A stretch of DNA of 53,433 bases, the filler included, from Nitrospiraceae bacterium (GTDB lineage Bacteria > Nitrospirota > Nitrospiria > Nitrospirales > UBA2166), in the NCBI GenBank assembly GCA_002726235.1. It is 3 parts of 3 records of this genome, joined end to end, with 100 filler letters (N's around TTAATTAATTAA, not from the genome) between each part and the next. Parts side by side here need not be neighbours in the genome. Positions count along the whole stretch, not along the records: positions 1 to 30,362 come from PBSN01000022.1; 2 more parts are not named here. One strand, written 5' to 3'. The translations under genes and the position numbers were made by a program. The notes under the pieces were generated by a model that saw only the letters and a program-made list of their open reading frames with translations, had not been told where the DNA came from and made no database searches. Below are positions 9,772 to 19,836 of this stretch, piece by piece; within the stretch, counting starts at the first letter, position 1, and each line of letters starts with the position of its first letter.

Positions 9772-11130
9772 ATGATGCATCGGACCCTCGGCATCAGCAT
9801 TATCTCGCTTATCATGCTCATTTTTGCCGCCTCGCAAGCATTTGCCTCCCTAGAAGACATTTTGTACGAGAAAGGAGTGATTATTACAGCCAGTGAACAT
9901 GACGCGATCAAAGCGAAAGCGGAGCGAGCACAGGAAAAACAAGAATATCAGCTACCAGTATCACTAAAGCAACCTGCTTCACCAAAAACCAAAGAGCTAT
10001 TGGATCAAGTAGAATGGAGCCCTGGAAAAGGCATGTCCTTTGGGTCAAAAGATGGAAATTATCTGACAAACATAAGATTTAGACTCCAAAGTCGTTTTTC
10101 CACCCCATTCGACTCCGATCCCAGAAAGATTGAAGATTTTGATGCGCAAAATTCCACCTCGTTCGATCTCCGTCGGGCTAGAATTAAGGTAGGCGGTCAT
10201 GGCTACAAACCGTGGATTGGATACTACTTTGAGTATGATTGGCCGTCGTCATCACTATTGGACTGGCACATCTCACTCGGAAAATATGAATGGTTCAAAG
10301 TCCGCATTGGCCAATGGAAAATCAACTATAATCGCGAACGAGTCGATTCCTCCGGAAAACAGCAGTTTGTGGAACGCTCAATAGTAAATCGTGAATTTAC
10401 GGTTGACCGGCAAAAGGGTGTCATGGCATACGGGCGTCTATTCCCAGGAACATTAGCCGACCTGAATTACTACGCGGGCGCCTTTACAGGAACAGGTCAA
10501 GGCACGCAACTTAACGATGACACGAACTTGATGTACATGGGAAGGTTACAGTGGAATTTTCTCGGCCGGGAGCTCAAGTTTTCCCAGAGTGACGTGGAGT
10601 TTCATGAAAAACCTGCCGGCAGCCTTGCATTCGGCTATGCAACGGTCGACAGCAATTGCACTCGCTTTTCCAGTGGAGGATGTGGCAACCTGGATGAGTT
10701 TACCAATTCCAATGATGCAGAGGCCGGTCAGTTTCGAATCAACCAAATAGTGGAGGAATTTGCTTTCAAATGGCGCGGCTACTCAATCCAGCATGAATTT
10801 CATTGGAAACAAATTAAAGATTCAATTGAAGGCCTCCAAACAAATCTCAGGGGTAGTTATACCCAGGCGGGATTTTTTCCCCACTACCTGATCAATGAAA
10901 TTCCTAAACAACTCGAGTTCGCGGGACGCTATGCGTTTGTCGATCCCAACACATCGGTGAAACATGCGGGAATAGACAAACGCGAGGAAGTAAGCGCTGC
11001 CATCAACTGGTTTTTCTCCGGACACAACAACAAGGTCACCCTTGGGGTCAGCCACTTAACCATTGCAGAGTTAAACGCGATGAACCGCAGTGATGAACGC
11101 ATTCAACTCCAGTGGGATATCTCTTTCTAG
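9772..11130 (+). CDS. Porin, phosphate-selective OprO/OprP-like family
   Basis: Signal peptide (AFA-S), FDLRRARIKVGG, IGQWK, QQFVERSIVN, RLQW, C-terminal IQLQWDISF. Directly upstream of pstS. Confidence 0.8.
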   Translation: MMHRTLGISIISLIMLIFAASQAFASLEDILYEKGVIITASEHDAIKAKAERAQEKQEYQLPVSLKQPASPKTKELLDQVEWSPGKGMSFGSKDGNYLTNIRFRLQSRFSTPFDSDPRKIEDFDAQNSTSFDLRRARIKVGGHGYKPWIGYYFEYDWPSSSLLDWHISLGKYEWFKVRIGQWKINYNRERVDSSGKQQFVERSIVNREFTVDRQKGVMAYGRLFPGTLADLNYYAGAFTGTGQGTQLNDDTNLMYMGRLQWNFLGRELKFSQSDVEFHEKPAGSLAFGYATVDSNCTRFSSGGCGNLDEFTNSNDAEAGQFRINQIVEEFAFKWRGYSIQHEFHWKQIKDSIEGLQTNLRGSYTQAGFFPHYLINEIPKQLEFAGRYAFVDPNTSVKHAGIDKREEVSAAINWFFSGHNNKVTLGVSHLTIAELNAMNRSDERIQLQWDISF

Positions 11131-11177
11131 CGAACACACCACACAACCATACTGGCACCCTGCCAAAGGAGAAACGG

Positions 11178-12164
11178 ATGATCGTACGTCGTATCGCAAG
11201 CAGCCTGATAGGAATTGGGTTAATTGGATCGTTCATATGCAGCACCGCCTTTGCCCAAAGAGTCGTCCCAATTGATCCCTCACTCAAACCCTACACTAGA
11301 ATCAGCGGCATCTCAGGAAATCTCGGCAGCATTGGTTCTGACACTCTGAACAACCTCATGACGCTCTGGGCCGAAGGATTTCGAAAACAATATCCGGCCG
11401 TGAAAATACAGATCGAAGGGAAAGGGTCGAGCACGGCCCCTCCTGCCCTCATCAATGGAACAGCCCACCTTGGCCCAATGTCGCGAAAGATGAAAGGGAC
11501 AGAGCTTGATCGATTTGAGGATAGGTTCGGATATCCGCCCGCAGTATTCAGAGTTGCCGTGGATGCGCTCGTGGTGTACGTCAACAAGGACAATCCCATC
11601 CCCGGAATAACCTTAGCAGAACTTGACGCCGTCTTTTCCAAGCAGCGGCGACGGAAACATGCCACGCCAATCACGAAGTGGAAGGATGTGAAAATTAAGG
11701 GACCACTCGCACAATCTACCATAGGTCTCTACGGCCGAAATGCAGCCTCTGGCACCTATGGATTCTTCAAGAAGCTGGTCTTGAAAAACGGCGATTTCAA
11801 AGATGTCGTCAAGGAACAACCCGGATCGGCCTCTGTAGTGCAAGGAATCACCAAAGACATCACAGGAATCGGCTATAGTGGGATTGGCTACAAAACATCG
11901 GGCGTGCGAGGTGTTCCGCTCGCGGTTTCTGAGAGCAAACCATTTGTGAAGGCCAACTACGCCAACGTCATGAACGGATCCTATCCCATCTGGAGACATC
12001 TCTACATCTATGTCAACAAAGCGCCTAACACACCAGTATCGCCGCTCATCGCGCAATTTTTGACGTACCTCTACAGCAAAGATGGCCAGCAAATAGTGGT
12101 AAAAGATGGATACTTTCCACTCTCCGCGCCTGACGTGCAAGAGGAACTCAACAAATTGCACTGA
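11178..12164 (+). CDS. pstS: Phosphate ABC transporter substrate-binding protein PstS family
   Basis: IGSDTLNNL, EGKGSSTAPPAL, MSRKM, VAVDAL, GRNAASGTYGFFK, IGYSGIGY, YPIWRHLYIY. AAGGAG precedes ATG 11178. Confidence 0.92.
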   Translation: MIVRRIASSLIGIGLIGSFICSTAFAQRVVPIDPSLKPYTRISGISGNLGSIGSDTLNNLMTLWAEGFRKQYPAVKIQIEGKGSSTAPPALINGTAHLGPMSRKMKGTELDRFEDRFGYPPAVFRVAVDALVVYVNKDNPIPGITLAELDAVFSKQRRRKHATPITKWKDVKIKGPLAQSTIGLYGRNAASGTYGFFKKLVLKNGDFKDVVKEQPGSASVVQGITKDITGIGYSGIGYKTSGVRGVPLAVSESKPFVKANYANVMNGSYPIWRHLYIYVNKAPNTPVSPLIAQFLTYLYSKDGQQIVVKDGYFPLSAPDVQEELNKLH

Positions 12165-12258
12165 CGGGAAGAACGCGATATCGCGAATAAACATCCGTAA
12201 AAGACGGGCGGCATCCCACAAATGTCACTGCCGTGCGATCACAGTCAAATTGCAGAAA

Positions 12259-12305
12259 TGATAATTTAATAGCATAAACTGCGTAATTATATGCTAAAAT
12301 TATCA
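12259..12305. promoter_or_regulatory. AT-rich inverted repeat just upstream of the AlgE-like gene (operator-like)
   Basis: TGATAATTTAATAGCATA ... TATGCTAAAATTATCA; the arms pair apart from a 2-nt indel. Confidence 0.45.
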
Positions 12306-12309
12306 CACT

Positions 12310-13713
12310 ATGCAGACCGCCATGGGACTCGTTGTCGCCGCAATGTTTTTCGGTGCCCACATAGCCTTCCTCTCAATCGACTGTGCATTGGCATCAGGGC
12401 TCCAATCTGCCCCCTCCCCGGATCATGCTCTAATCCAAACCAAAGAAACCACATGGTCCCGGTATCTGCAATCCACGGCAGCACTTCCGGATTGGGTTGA
12501 TCTCGGAATTGAACAACGTACTCGCGTGGAAAGTTTCGATCATCCGTTTCGCCCCGGTGAGTTTGACACCAACGCCCAGATGCCCCTTCGCTCACGCGTG
12601 CGGTTCGGGCTGAACGGTCCATCTAGCCGCTTCCTGTTTGAAGGGCAAGACTCTCGGAGTCTCGGAACAGATCCAGGAGAGTTTACGGATAACAGGCTGG
12701 AAAATACTACCGATGTAGTGCAACTACTCGGTTCATTCACACTACACAACGTATTGGGAACGGGCCTTCGTACTGACATGCACATCGGCCGAATGACGAT
12801 GGATTTCGGGCGCCGCCGCTACGTCGCCCGAAACGATTTCCGCAATACCACGAACTCATTTAATGGCGTGCATTGGCAGGTGGCCCGAGAGAACGCTTGG
12901 CGGCTCCGAGCGTTTTTTACGCTTCCCACCATCCTCCGAGAACAACGTGCCGATACATTTGATACGGACTTTGCATTTTGGGGAACCTACTACGAGACCC
13001 AGCAGATGCCATGGATCCACACCAACCTCTATTACTTCGGCCTGAATGACCAACGCTCAACCAGCACCAAGCACCGACAGCTCCATACCTTTGGAGGGCG
13101 CGTGTATGCACCATCAAAAGCTGGGCAGATTGATTATGAAATCGAGGTAGCGGGACAAGGAGGGCATAGGGGCACAAAGGATCATTCCGCGTACAACCCT
13201 CACGTGGAACTGGGATACAGCTTCAATCTGCCATGGTCCCCACGTCTGCTCGCCCAATATGATTATGCCAGTGGCACGCGATCGCCAAACGGCAATCAGA
13301 GTCACACCTTTGACAACCTATTCGGAGCACGGCGATTTGAGCTGGCACCGACAGGAACGTTTGGTCCCTTTACTCGATCCAACATCAGCTCACCTGGTTG
13401 GCGTGCCATGGCGCAACCTGCCAGAGGATGGAAACTCCAGATCAAACATCGGATCTGGTATTTAGCCCAGGCTCGCGACCAGTTTGCGGGATCAGGACTC
13501 CACGATATGACTGGCAGATCGGGAAACTTCCTCGGACAGGATATCGAGCTGCAAGCGCGCTGGAAGATCAACGCCAATATGGAATTTGACGTGGGCTATG
13601 ATCATTGGTTCAAGGGTAGTTTTTTCAACCGGCTCCCCACATCAGCATCATTGCCCGCAGGCGGCGAGAAGGATACGCATTATTTCTACCTGTCAACAAA
13701 GATAAGATTCTGA
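12310..13713 (+). CDS. Alginate export (AlgE-like) outer-membrane beta-barrel
   Basis: GRMTMDFGRRRYVARNDFRNTTNSFNG, YDYASG, TFDNLFGARRF, LGQDIEL, C-terminal Phe. Confidence 0.8.
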   Translation: MQTAMGLVVAAMFFGAHIAFLSIDCALASGLQSAPSPDHALIQTKETTWSRYLQSTAALPDWVDLGIEQRTRVESFDHPFRPGEFDTNAQMPLRSRVRFGLNGPSSRFLFEGQDSRSLGTDPGEFTDNRLENTTDVVQLLGSFTLHNVLGTGLRTDMHIGRMTMDFGRRRYVARNDFRNTTNSFNGVHWQVARENAWRLRAFFTLPTILREQRADTFDTDFAFWGTYYETQQMPWIHTNLYYFGLNDQRSTSTKHRQLHTFGGRVYAPSKAGQIDYEIEVAGQGGHRGTKDHSAYNPHVELGYSFNLPWSPRLLAQYDYASGTRSPNGNQSHTFDNLFGARRFELAPTGTFGPFTRSNISSPGWRAMAQPARGWKLQIKHRIWYLAQARDQFAGSGLHDMTGRSGNFLGQDIELQARWKINANMEFDVGYDHWFKGSFFNRLPTSASLPAGGEKDTHYFYLSTKIRF

Positions 13714-13737
13714 GTGGCGTAATCGACCGCCGCACTT

Positions 13738-13772
13738 TCAGGAACTGAGGGCGTGAAACCCTCAGTTCCTGA
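13738..13772. terminator. Hairpin between convergent genes (likely bidirectional terminator)
   Basis: TCAGGAACTGAGGG and CCCTCAGTTCCTGA form a perfect 14-bp stem with a 7-nt loop, between stops at 13713 and 13780. Confidence 0.75.
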
Positions 13773-13779
13773 TCAAGTG

Positions 13780-14976
13780 TTAGAATGAGTAGATTAGCTG
13801 CGCTCCGATGGTGGTTTGATTATTGGAAAGTTCATCGGCCGCATCCGTCCCAAAGACGTTTTGATTGGATATGTCATACCGGTATTCAAGCCTCGTCATC
13901 AGGTCGGGCGTCAGTTGATAGGAGGACGTAAGCGTCAGCCCATACAACGTTTGATCAATCCCAGTTCGCGCACCTTCGTAGTCATCAAACCGCTCACCAC
14001 GAAGCGTGAACCCTAATTTCTCAGTGGGAGTATAATTTGCATACCCAACGAGCGCATTCCATTCACCGCCATTGCCCAGCAATGCCCGTGAGTTTTGGCC
14101 AAACGCGCTATCCGAAAAATCTGGATCGAAAATTCCCTCTGATCGATCAAACAAGGCAGAGCTTCTGGCTCCGTCCTGTTGCTCCTTCCCATAGTTAACC
14201 TGGGTAACGAACTTGAATCGAGAACTTGGCGTATAGGTCATCACGGTATCATAGAAAAACCGCTGGCTACTCGTGCGTTCATCTTGTTCAGATCCGTAAT
14301 AGATGGCGTGGTTCCAAGAAACCTTGTCAGTCAAATCGAGTGACACCCCAGCTTCAAGGGTCTTGGCATCATTGTTATCATCTAAATTATCCCACCCATT
14401 GAGGGCGCCTAATGTCAGACCAACCTTCGAACTGACATCATAACTGAGTCGCAGACCCGTATGAGTTTTTGGCCCGAATCCAAAAGCATATGAATTCGAA
14501 AAGTTCATGTTCTCGTTGCTGTTGATCTCCTCTGCTCCGGCAAGAGTTCTAAATTTCCCAGCCGTCACAGTCAGCCCCTTCCCAACAGGAAGAAGATAGT
14601 TCACATAGGCCTCCTGAAAATCAACCTGATCCGTGGCACTCGTGCCATCCTGAGCGGTGACATCAGCATTTTTCCCGAAATCAAGTGAGACAAAGAATCC
14701 AGCCCGGCTCTCAGCCGTCGCTTCTTTTCCCATAAACAGATGAGCGGTGTTCATCCGAAAAGAATCAGCTTCAGTATCGTAGACCCGGCCATTACTCTGC
14801 CTGTCTGCCGGTTCGTTCAAATTAGTCGAATATGAGGTGTCAACAAATCCTCCGACCGAGATCCCTGACTTTTCAAGCATGGACTTTCCATCGGCGCTAG
14901 CCCACGCCGCGCCAAAAAGAATAAATGCCCCTGCCATGAGCACGATCACAACATTCACAAAACTTTGCTTTGCCAT
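13780..14976 (-). CDS. Outer-membrane beta-barrel porin (BBP2/OmpL-like family)
   Basis: GGFVDTSYS, FQEAYVNY, GKFRTLAGAE, THTGLRLSY, NGWDNLDDNN, RLEYRYD, C-terminal QLIYSF. AAGGAGG precedes ATG 14976. Confidence 0.8.
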   Translation of the reverse strand: MAKQSFVNVVIVLMAGAFILFGAAWASADGKSMLEKSGISVGGFVDTSYSTNLNEPADRQSNGRVYDTEADSFRMNTAHLFMGKEATAESRAGFFVSLDFGKNADVTAQDGTSATDQVDFQEAYVNYLLPVGKGLTVTAGKFRTLAGAEEINSNENMNFSNSYAFGFGPKTHTGLRLSYDVSSKVGLTLGALNGWDNLDDNNDAKTLEAGVSLDLTDKVSWNHAIYYGSEQDERTSSQRFFYDTVMTYTPSSRFKFVTQVNYGKEQQDGARSSALFDRSEGIFDPDFSDSAFGQNSRALLGNGGEWNALVGYANYTPTEKLGFTLRGERFDDYEGARTGIDQTLYGLTLTSSYQLTPDLMTRLEYRYDISNQNVFGTDAADELSNNQTTIGAQLIYSF

Positions 14977-15275
14977 TCTTCCTCCTTGCATCTGCTGGTT
15001 GGTAAGTTAAGAGACACCGCGTACAGGAACACACTTCGCGGCCATGCCGACAAGCATCACATTGACAAGCACCTCACAACGGGGCACTCAAAAACGCCAC
15101 CCTAGCCCGTGCCTGACACGGAACCGGATTACGCTCGGCAAACGTAACCTAGCGCACATTGCCATTCTCATACTGTGATGCAGATTACGAGACAGACGGT
15201 CACCGTGCCGATACTTCCTGCTGGCTTGGCGACCGCCATTACGCTACGCGATCGAACGTTTCAACATTTCCGTGA

Positions 15276-16790
15276 TTAGAATTTAACCAACACGTTAATC
15301 CGCGATTTTATACGCATAGGATTATCCAAGTCCATTGATGAATTCCCTTGAAAGCTGGAAAGGTCCTCATTCTCTCGGTACTGCAGGTAGGTGTCCCAGA
15401 TCAAGGACACATTCTTTTGAACTTGGTACTCCAAAAAGATGGTTTGGGTCTGGGTATTGGTGAATTGAAGATCGTCACTGTTGTATTGTCCAATCGCAGC
15501 ATCGGCTTCGATATCGGCATACCCATAGCCTATGAGCCAGTCACCAGGCTTACGCAATTTACCCACAGTGGCATAGACCTGAAATGCATCGTTTTCCTTG
15601 CCGACTTCCTTCCCGGCAAAGGTCGTCCCGGCCTTGGCGCCAAAGTTATGGGCAACATCGAAGAAAAACCCAATTGGCAACCCCATGAACTCGGCATCAT
15701 ACTGTCCATTGATTTCGAGAATTTGATAATCCGACACGAAACTGCAGTCCCGCGTTTTCCCATCTCCGTTGCACTTTGCCATTCTCCCAGTACCGTCAGC
15801 ATTCATGGGCCCGTTGAGCTTGTTCGTCATGTTGCCGAGTGGCCCTTCCCTAGCCTGCAATTGGCCCCCAGCGATCGAATCGGGATTCTCATACGCATAG
15901 AAGGCCGCTCCGAACTTCGCTTTCCCCTTCGTTAATCCAAATTCCTCCAGTGCTGGGGTATCGAGAGACGCCAAAGCCTGTCCACCAAACATGAGATTGC
16001 CAGGATTCTTGTTGCCAATGTCCAGACGCCTCACGCCTTGATCATCAAAATCCTTAGCTTCATCAAACTGATCCACCACGAGCACACCACCGGTAAGTCC
16101 CAGTTCCGAGAATATCCCGACATCCTTACGATGAAACTGCTGCACGAGCCCCTCTGGCTGGACATCGTTATCCCACACGATTTCAGCCGTCATGTTCCCC
16201 GCTGACGGACGCCACCACGGTACACCAAACTTTCCGCCTGTCGTGGTAGACCATTCGTTTGGTTTATACCGTAAATACGCATTATCGAGATTTAAAAATG
16301 TCTTCCGGCTAAACCCTTCACTCAGATTGATTTCCGCCGTATTCACAAAATTCGGATTTCCTGACCCCATTCGGAACCCAGCAGTCAAGTCATCGGTGAC
16401 CTGCGCTGTCAGTCCAAAACGCAGTCTCATCCGTTGCCGATATCGGTCAGCGCCATCCGAAAAATTTCGATTTTTATTGTACTCAGTCCGCAACCGCAAG
16501 TCCCCCTGAAATCGCAACCGCTCAGCAATTTCAGCCCCTACTCGTCCGCCAAGTATAGGGACCTTATCCGGTGGAATTTTCTTTACCAGGTCCTCAACCT
16601 GAGCCTTGAGCTTAGCAAGGTCATCGTCATCAGTCTGCGTCCCAGACGCCCCCACTTCGGAGTCGAGGGAAATCATCTCCGGATACTCCGCCGCAACCGC
16701 CTGAGGCACCCCGCTACCGAGGAACCCAGTAGACAACAGAATTCCCATTCCTGCGATGGCGATTGTCATGAGTCTGTATTTCATCATCAT
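15276..16790 (-). CDS. Putative porin (outer-membrane beta-barrel)
   Basis: Signal peptide, short coiled coil, GDLRLRTE, RQRMRLRFG, LDNAYLRY, VWDNDVQPEG, IEADA, C-terminal VKF. Confidence 0.78.
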   Translation of the reverse strand: MMMKYRLMTIAIAGMGILLSTGFLGSGVPQAVAAEYPEMISLDSEVGASGTQTDDDDLAKLKAQVEDLVKKIPPDKVPILGGRVGAEIAERLRFQGDLRLRTEYNKNRNFSDGADRYRQRMRLRFGLTAQVTDDLTAGFRMGSGNPNFVNTAEINLSEGFSRKTFLNLDNAYLRYKPNEWSTTTGGKFGVPWWRPSAGNMTAEIVWDNDVQPEGLVQQFHRKDVGIFSELGLTGGVLVVDQFDEAKDFDDQGVRRLDIGNKNPGNLMFGGQALASLDTPALEEFGLTKGKAKFGAAFYAYENPDSIAGGQLQAREGPLGNMTNKLNGPMNADGTGRMAKCNGDGKTRDCSFVSDYQILEINGQYDAEFMGLPIGFFFDVAHNFGAKAGTTFAGKEVGKENDAFQVYATVGKLRKPGDWLIGYGYADIEADAAIGQYNSDDLQFTNTQTQTIFLEYQVQKNVSLIWDTYLQYRENEDLSSFQGNSSMDLDNPMRIKSRINVLVKF

Positions 16791-16846
16791 ATCCCCGCTC
16801 TCCTATTCATCTTCATCCTCGCAACGTACTGCAGAATCTCCCACCC

Positions 16847-17266
16847 CTAAGGCTGGGGAAACATCTCCTGCCGTAAATCCTCAAACTCTTCCTCCATGAG
16901 CTGCCGATGAAATCGGCTAAGTCGCGCACTCTCTTCAGCAGATTCTAACGCCTGCTTGGCAAGCTGACGATAATGCCCCACCAAGGCTGAATCCGCACCC
17001 TGAATTTCCGCGTGGGAAGTCGCCCTCTCAAGATATTGCTCGGCCTTACGCCGCTGCTTTTCTGCCGCTTTTGAGTAGAAGATGGAACGCGAAATATTAC
17101 TACCCTGAGGGCCCTCAAGCTCCGCGATGTTCTCGGAATACGAGGGCTTCCCACTCGTCGCGCATCCCCACGGCAACATGCTCAAAGTCGCGACGATCAG
17201 CAACCTCCACACGAAGCGGGCTCCCCTAGACCTTAAAAGCCCTGCACCAGCACTCTTGGGTTCCAA
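16847..17266 (-). CDS. Hypothetical lipoprotein, helical
   Basis: Hydrophobic stretch ending LPWGC (lipobox-like), followed by charged helices. Start uncertain. Confidence 0.5.
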   Translation of the reverse strand: MEPKSAGAGLLRSRGARFVWRLLIVATLSMLPWGCATSGKPSYSENIAELEGPQGSNISRSIFYSKAAEKQRRKAEQYLERATSHAEIQGADSALVGHYRQLAKQALESAEESARLSRFHRQLMEEEFEDLRQEMFPQP

Positions 17267-17405
17267 GGCTAACCTCCCGGAAAAGCGGTCGACTGTATCA
17301 TGCTGTCAAAAGCACTGTCAATTTCCGCGTCCCCCCAAACAGCGGTGATGGGACATGCCGATTCCCCGAAACCAACGGTTGGTGCCAGCATTGTTGTCCC
17401 ATTTC

Positions 17406-18854
17406 CTAATACCACCGCAACTGCAGCATCATTTGTGCTTGATCGTTATTGTAGGTATCCATCGCGGCGTCACGGCCACTGAGCCCGTCACGATTGCGAA
17501 TTTCGTAGTTCATCATGATTTTTGATTGGATGCCACCCGGTTGATTAATGAGGTAGTAATTCACTCCAAGGGTGAGCCGTGTGTATGTATTGTTAGCCAC
17601 GTTATTGGGATCCAGCCATTCATACCGGACGGTCGGCTCCCACTGATTTTCAAATTTATACTTGGCATACAGATAGCCAGTCGTCCGCTGGGCGCCCGCC
17701 GTCGAGGCAAATCCGGTTACATCTGTTGCCCCTCGACTCACCGCTCCGGGCGCATCGTGCCCGGTGATGTACTCGCCTTGTAACCACAAACCGTTGTGGT
17801 CGGCAATGGGGCTGGACGAGGTTTTCATATCGGTTCCGGGTGTCCAGCGAAAATCAAGTCCCATTCGGTCGTATTTGCCGTCCCCTCGGCCGAAGACGTT
17901 ATTATTTATAGCCGTTGAATGCCCGAACATGGTGGAGGCACTCACCCAGAAGCCTTTAAAAGGATGATATCGGATGCGCCCGATAAAGTCTTTTTGTGAA
18001 TTGTTATCAAATGAACCGCCAAATTTACCATTGACACTGTTCCCATTCATTATGAGCGCATTGTATTCAAGGTAGTTGTCTGGGCCAAACCGTACCGGAG
18101 TACCGATGAATTGCAAATACTGATCACGTTCTTGGATGAACTCGACAGCGTCTGCGCCACTTCCAACGCCGGCGAGATAGGGAAGCTCAATAAAGTCCAG
18201 CAACCCTGCAGAGGTATCAGCTGAAATCCCAAACGGAATACGCCATTGGCCAATGCGGACAGTGTGAACGTATGGAGCCATCCCTTTCAAAGACCCTGTC
18301 GGAGCAAGATCAATGAAGGCTTCACGCATGAGCTGCGTGTTGGTCGGGTCCGCTTTTTCACCCGTTGGTGAAGTTGGCCGCCGAAGACCTTGACTGGTGA
18401 AGTTGGCCAAGATGTGCCATTTTTTCACCTGAATCGGCCCAAAATCACCTAAGCTTCCCCGTAGCGTGAACTCTGCCCGCTGAATGTTAAAATCATTGGT
18501 GCCAACGCCTTCCGGAGTATCTCGCTGGCTATCGCGGTAGCGAATTTGGAGCGAATTCAATCCAAACGAGAGTTTGGGCAAATTCACCGGCGTGGACCGG
18601 TCGAACGTGGGAAGTTTGCTCACCTGGGTTTTCCAGGCTTTCAGTTCTTCAATCGCTTGTTCTTGCTCTTGCTCTTGCTCTTGCGCACTTGTCCCTTGCT
18701 GGTCTTTAAGTGTCTGCAGTTCGTTCTCCGTGATGAGTCCCTTTGCATGAAAGATGTCCTCGCCCTCCGCGATGACATAGCCGGGGCTCAGTATCAGTGC
18801 AAAAAATGGAACGATCAAAAACAGTTGGTGCATTACTTCATCCTTTCTCTTCAT
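17406..18854 (-). CDS. Porin, OprO/OprP-like family (second, divergent)
   Basis: Signal peptide, FNIQRAEFTLRG, RIGQWRIPFG, DNNSQKDFIGRI, LQGEYITG, TLGVNYY, C-terminal LQLRWY. Confidence 0.75.
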   Translation of the reverse strand: MKRKDEVMHQLFLIVPFFALILSPGYVIAEGEDIFHAKGLITENELQTLKDQQGTSAQEQEQEQEQAIEELKAWKTQVSKLPTFDRSTPVNLPKLSFGLNSLQIRYRDSQRDTPEGVGTNDFNIQRAEFTLRGSLGDFGPIQVKKWHILANFTSQGLRRPTSPTGEKADPTNTQLMREAFIDLAPTGSLKGMAPYVHTVRIGQWRIPFGISADTSAGLLDFIELPYLAGVGSGADAVEFIQERDQYLQFIGTPVRFGPDNYLEYNALIMNGNSVNGKFGGSFDNNSQKDFIGRIRYHPFKGFWVSASTMFGHSTAINNNVFGRGDGKYDRMGLDFRWTPGTDMKTSSSPIADHNGLWLQGEYITGHDAPGAVSRGATDVTGFASTAGAQRTTGYLYAKYKFENQWEPTVRYEWLDPNNVANNTYTRLTLGVNYYLINQPGGIQSKIMMNYEIRNRDGLSGRDAAMDTYNNDQAQMMLQLRWY

Positions 18855-19050
18855 CTTTCTCTCATCTCACATGTCAGACATCAATCCATAAATCGAACCA
18901 GCGCGTCTTCCGAACAAGAGGTTTCCGCGCCCATAGTACCGAATACATTGCTTCAAGTCACCCAGAGTCTTATTGATATGATCAACGCAATGCCTTGCTT
19001 CGTAAAAATCTTCCGCTCACAGCTTGTCCGCTTGAGCAGTGCCGAGCGAT

Positions 19051-19836
19051 TCAGGTGATAATGTGCAGCAGGATCATTCCCCCGACCAACACCATGAGCA
19101 CACCAGCATACATTTCGAGATGTGCTCGCTCGAGTTTTTGCGCCACGAGAGGACCAAGGTACCCGCCAAGTACAACCCCTGGAACCACAAAGAACATCGT
19201 GGAGATAAGAACAGCTTGATCTCGAACGAGCGCCTCAACCAATGCAGTATCCATGCGCGAGCACAACGCAAAAAAACTCACGATAAAAGTGATGGTCACC
19301 GTGGTTCCAACTGCTTCGGCATGATGGTGTATCTGCCGATGATTCATGAGACATGGCCGCAACAGTTTCCCCAAACCAGTTGTGATAAATCCGATTAAAA
19401 ACCCGCCAATTGCCCCCACACTCCAATACACGCGAGTATGGGGAATGGGCGGCGCACCTCGCAGTCCAACCTGTTGCAATATGCGATAGCACCCAAAAGC
19501 AGTGATGAACACACCAAACATACTAAGCACTAAGCTATGCGAAACGTGGCTGGACAAGATGCCTCCTCCCACACTCAGAGGAATGCAGATTTTGAGATAT
19601 TGGCGCACCAAAAACCAGTGAATCAGATTGGCGCGAAAATTTTTCCATACCCCAGAACCAAACCCAAACATCATCGTCACTAACCCAAGCCAAAAGGCAG
19701 TTTTTGCATCAAACCCAAGCCACACAACATACACGGGAATCCAAAAGTTGGACCCATTAATTCCCGAAGAAATGGCTAGAATGGCAATTCCAATCCCAAG
19801 CGGAAACAAAAACCAAACTTCAGGATCAATCATCAC
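19051..19836 (-). CDS. TSUP (TauE/SafE) family membrane transporter
   Basis: About eight hydrophobic segments, SSGINGSNFWIP, GGFLIGFITTGLG, AVGT, GVVLGGYLG. Confidence 0.8.
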   Translation of the reverse strand: MMIDPEVWFLFPLGIGIAILAISSGINGSNFWIPVYVVWLGFDAKTAFWLGLVTMMFGFGSGVWKNFRANLIHWFLVRQYLKICIPLSVGGGILSSHVSHSLVLSMFGVFITAFGCYRILQQVGLRGAPPIPHTRVYWSVGAIGGFLIGFITTGLGKLLRPCLMNHRQIHHHAEAVGTTVTITFIVSFFALCSRMDTALVEALVRDQAVLISTMFFVVPGVVLGGYLGPLVAQKLERAHLEMYAGVLMVLVGGMILLHIIT

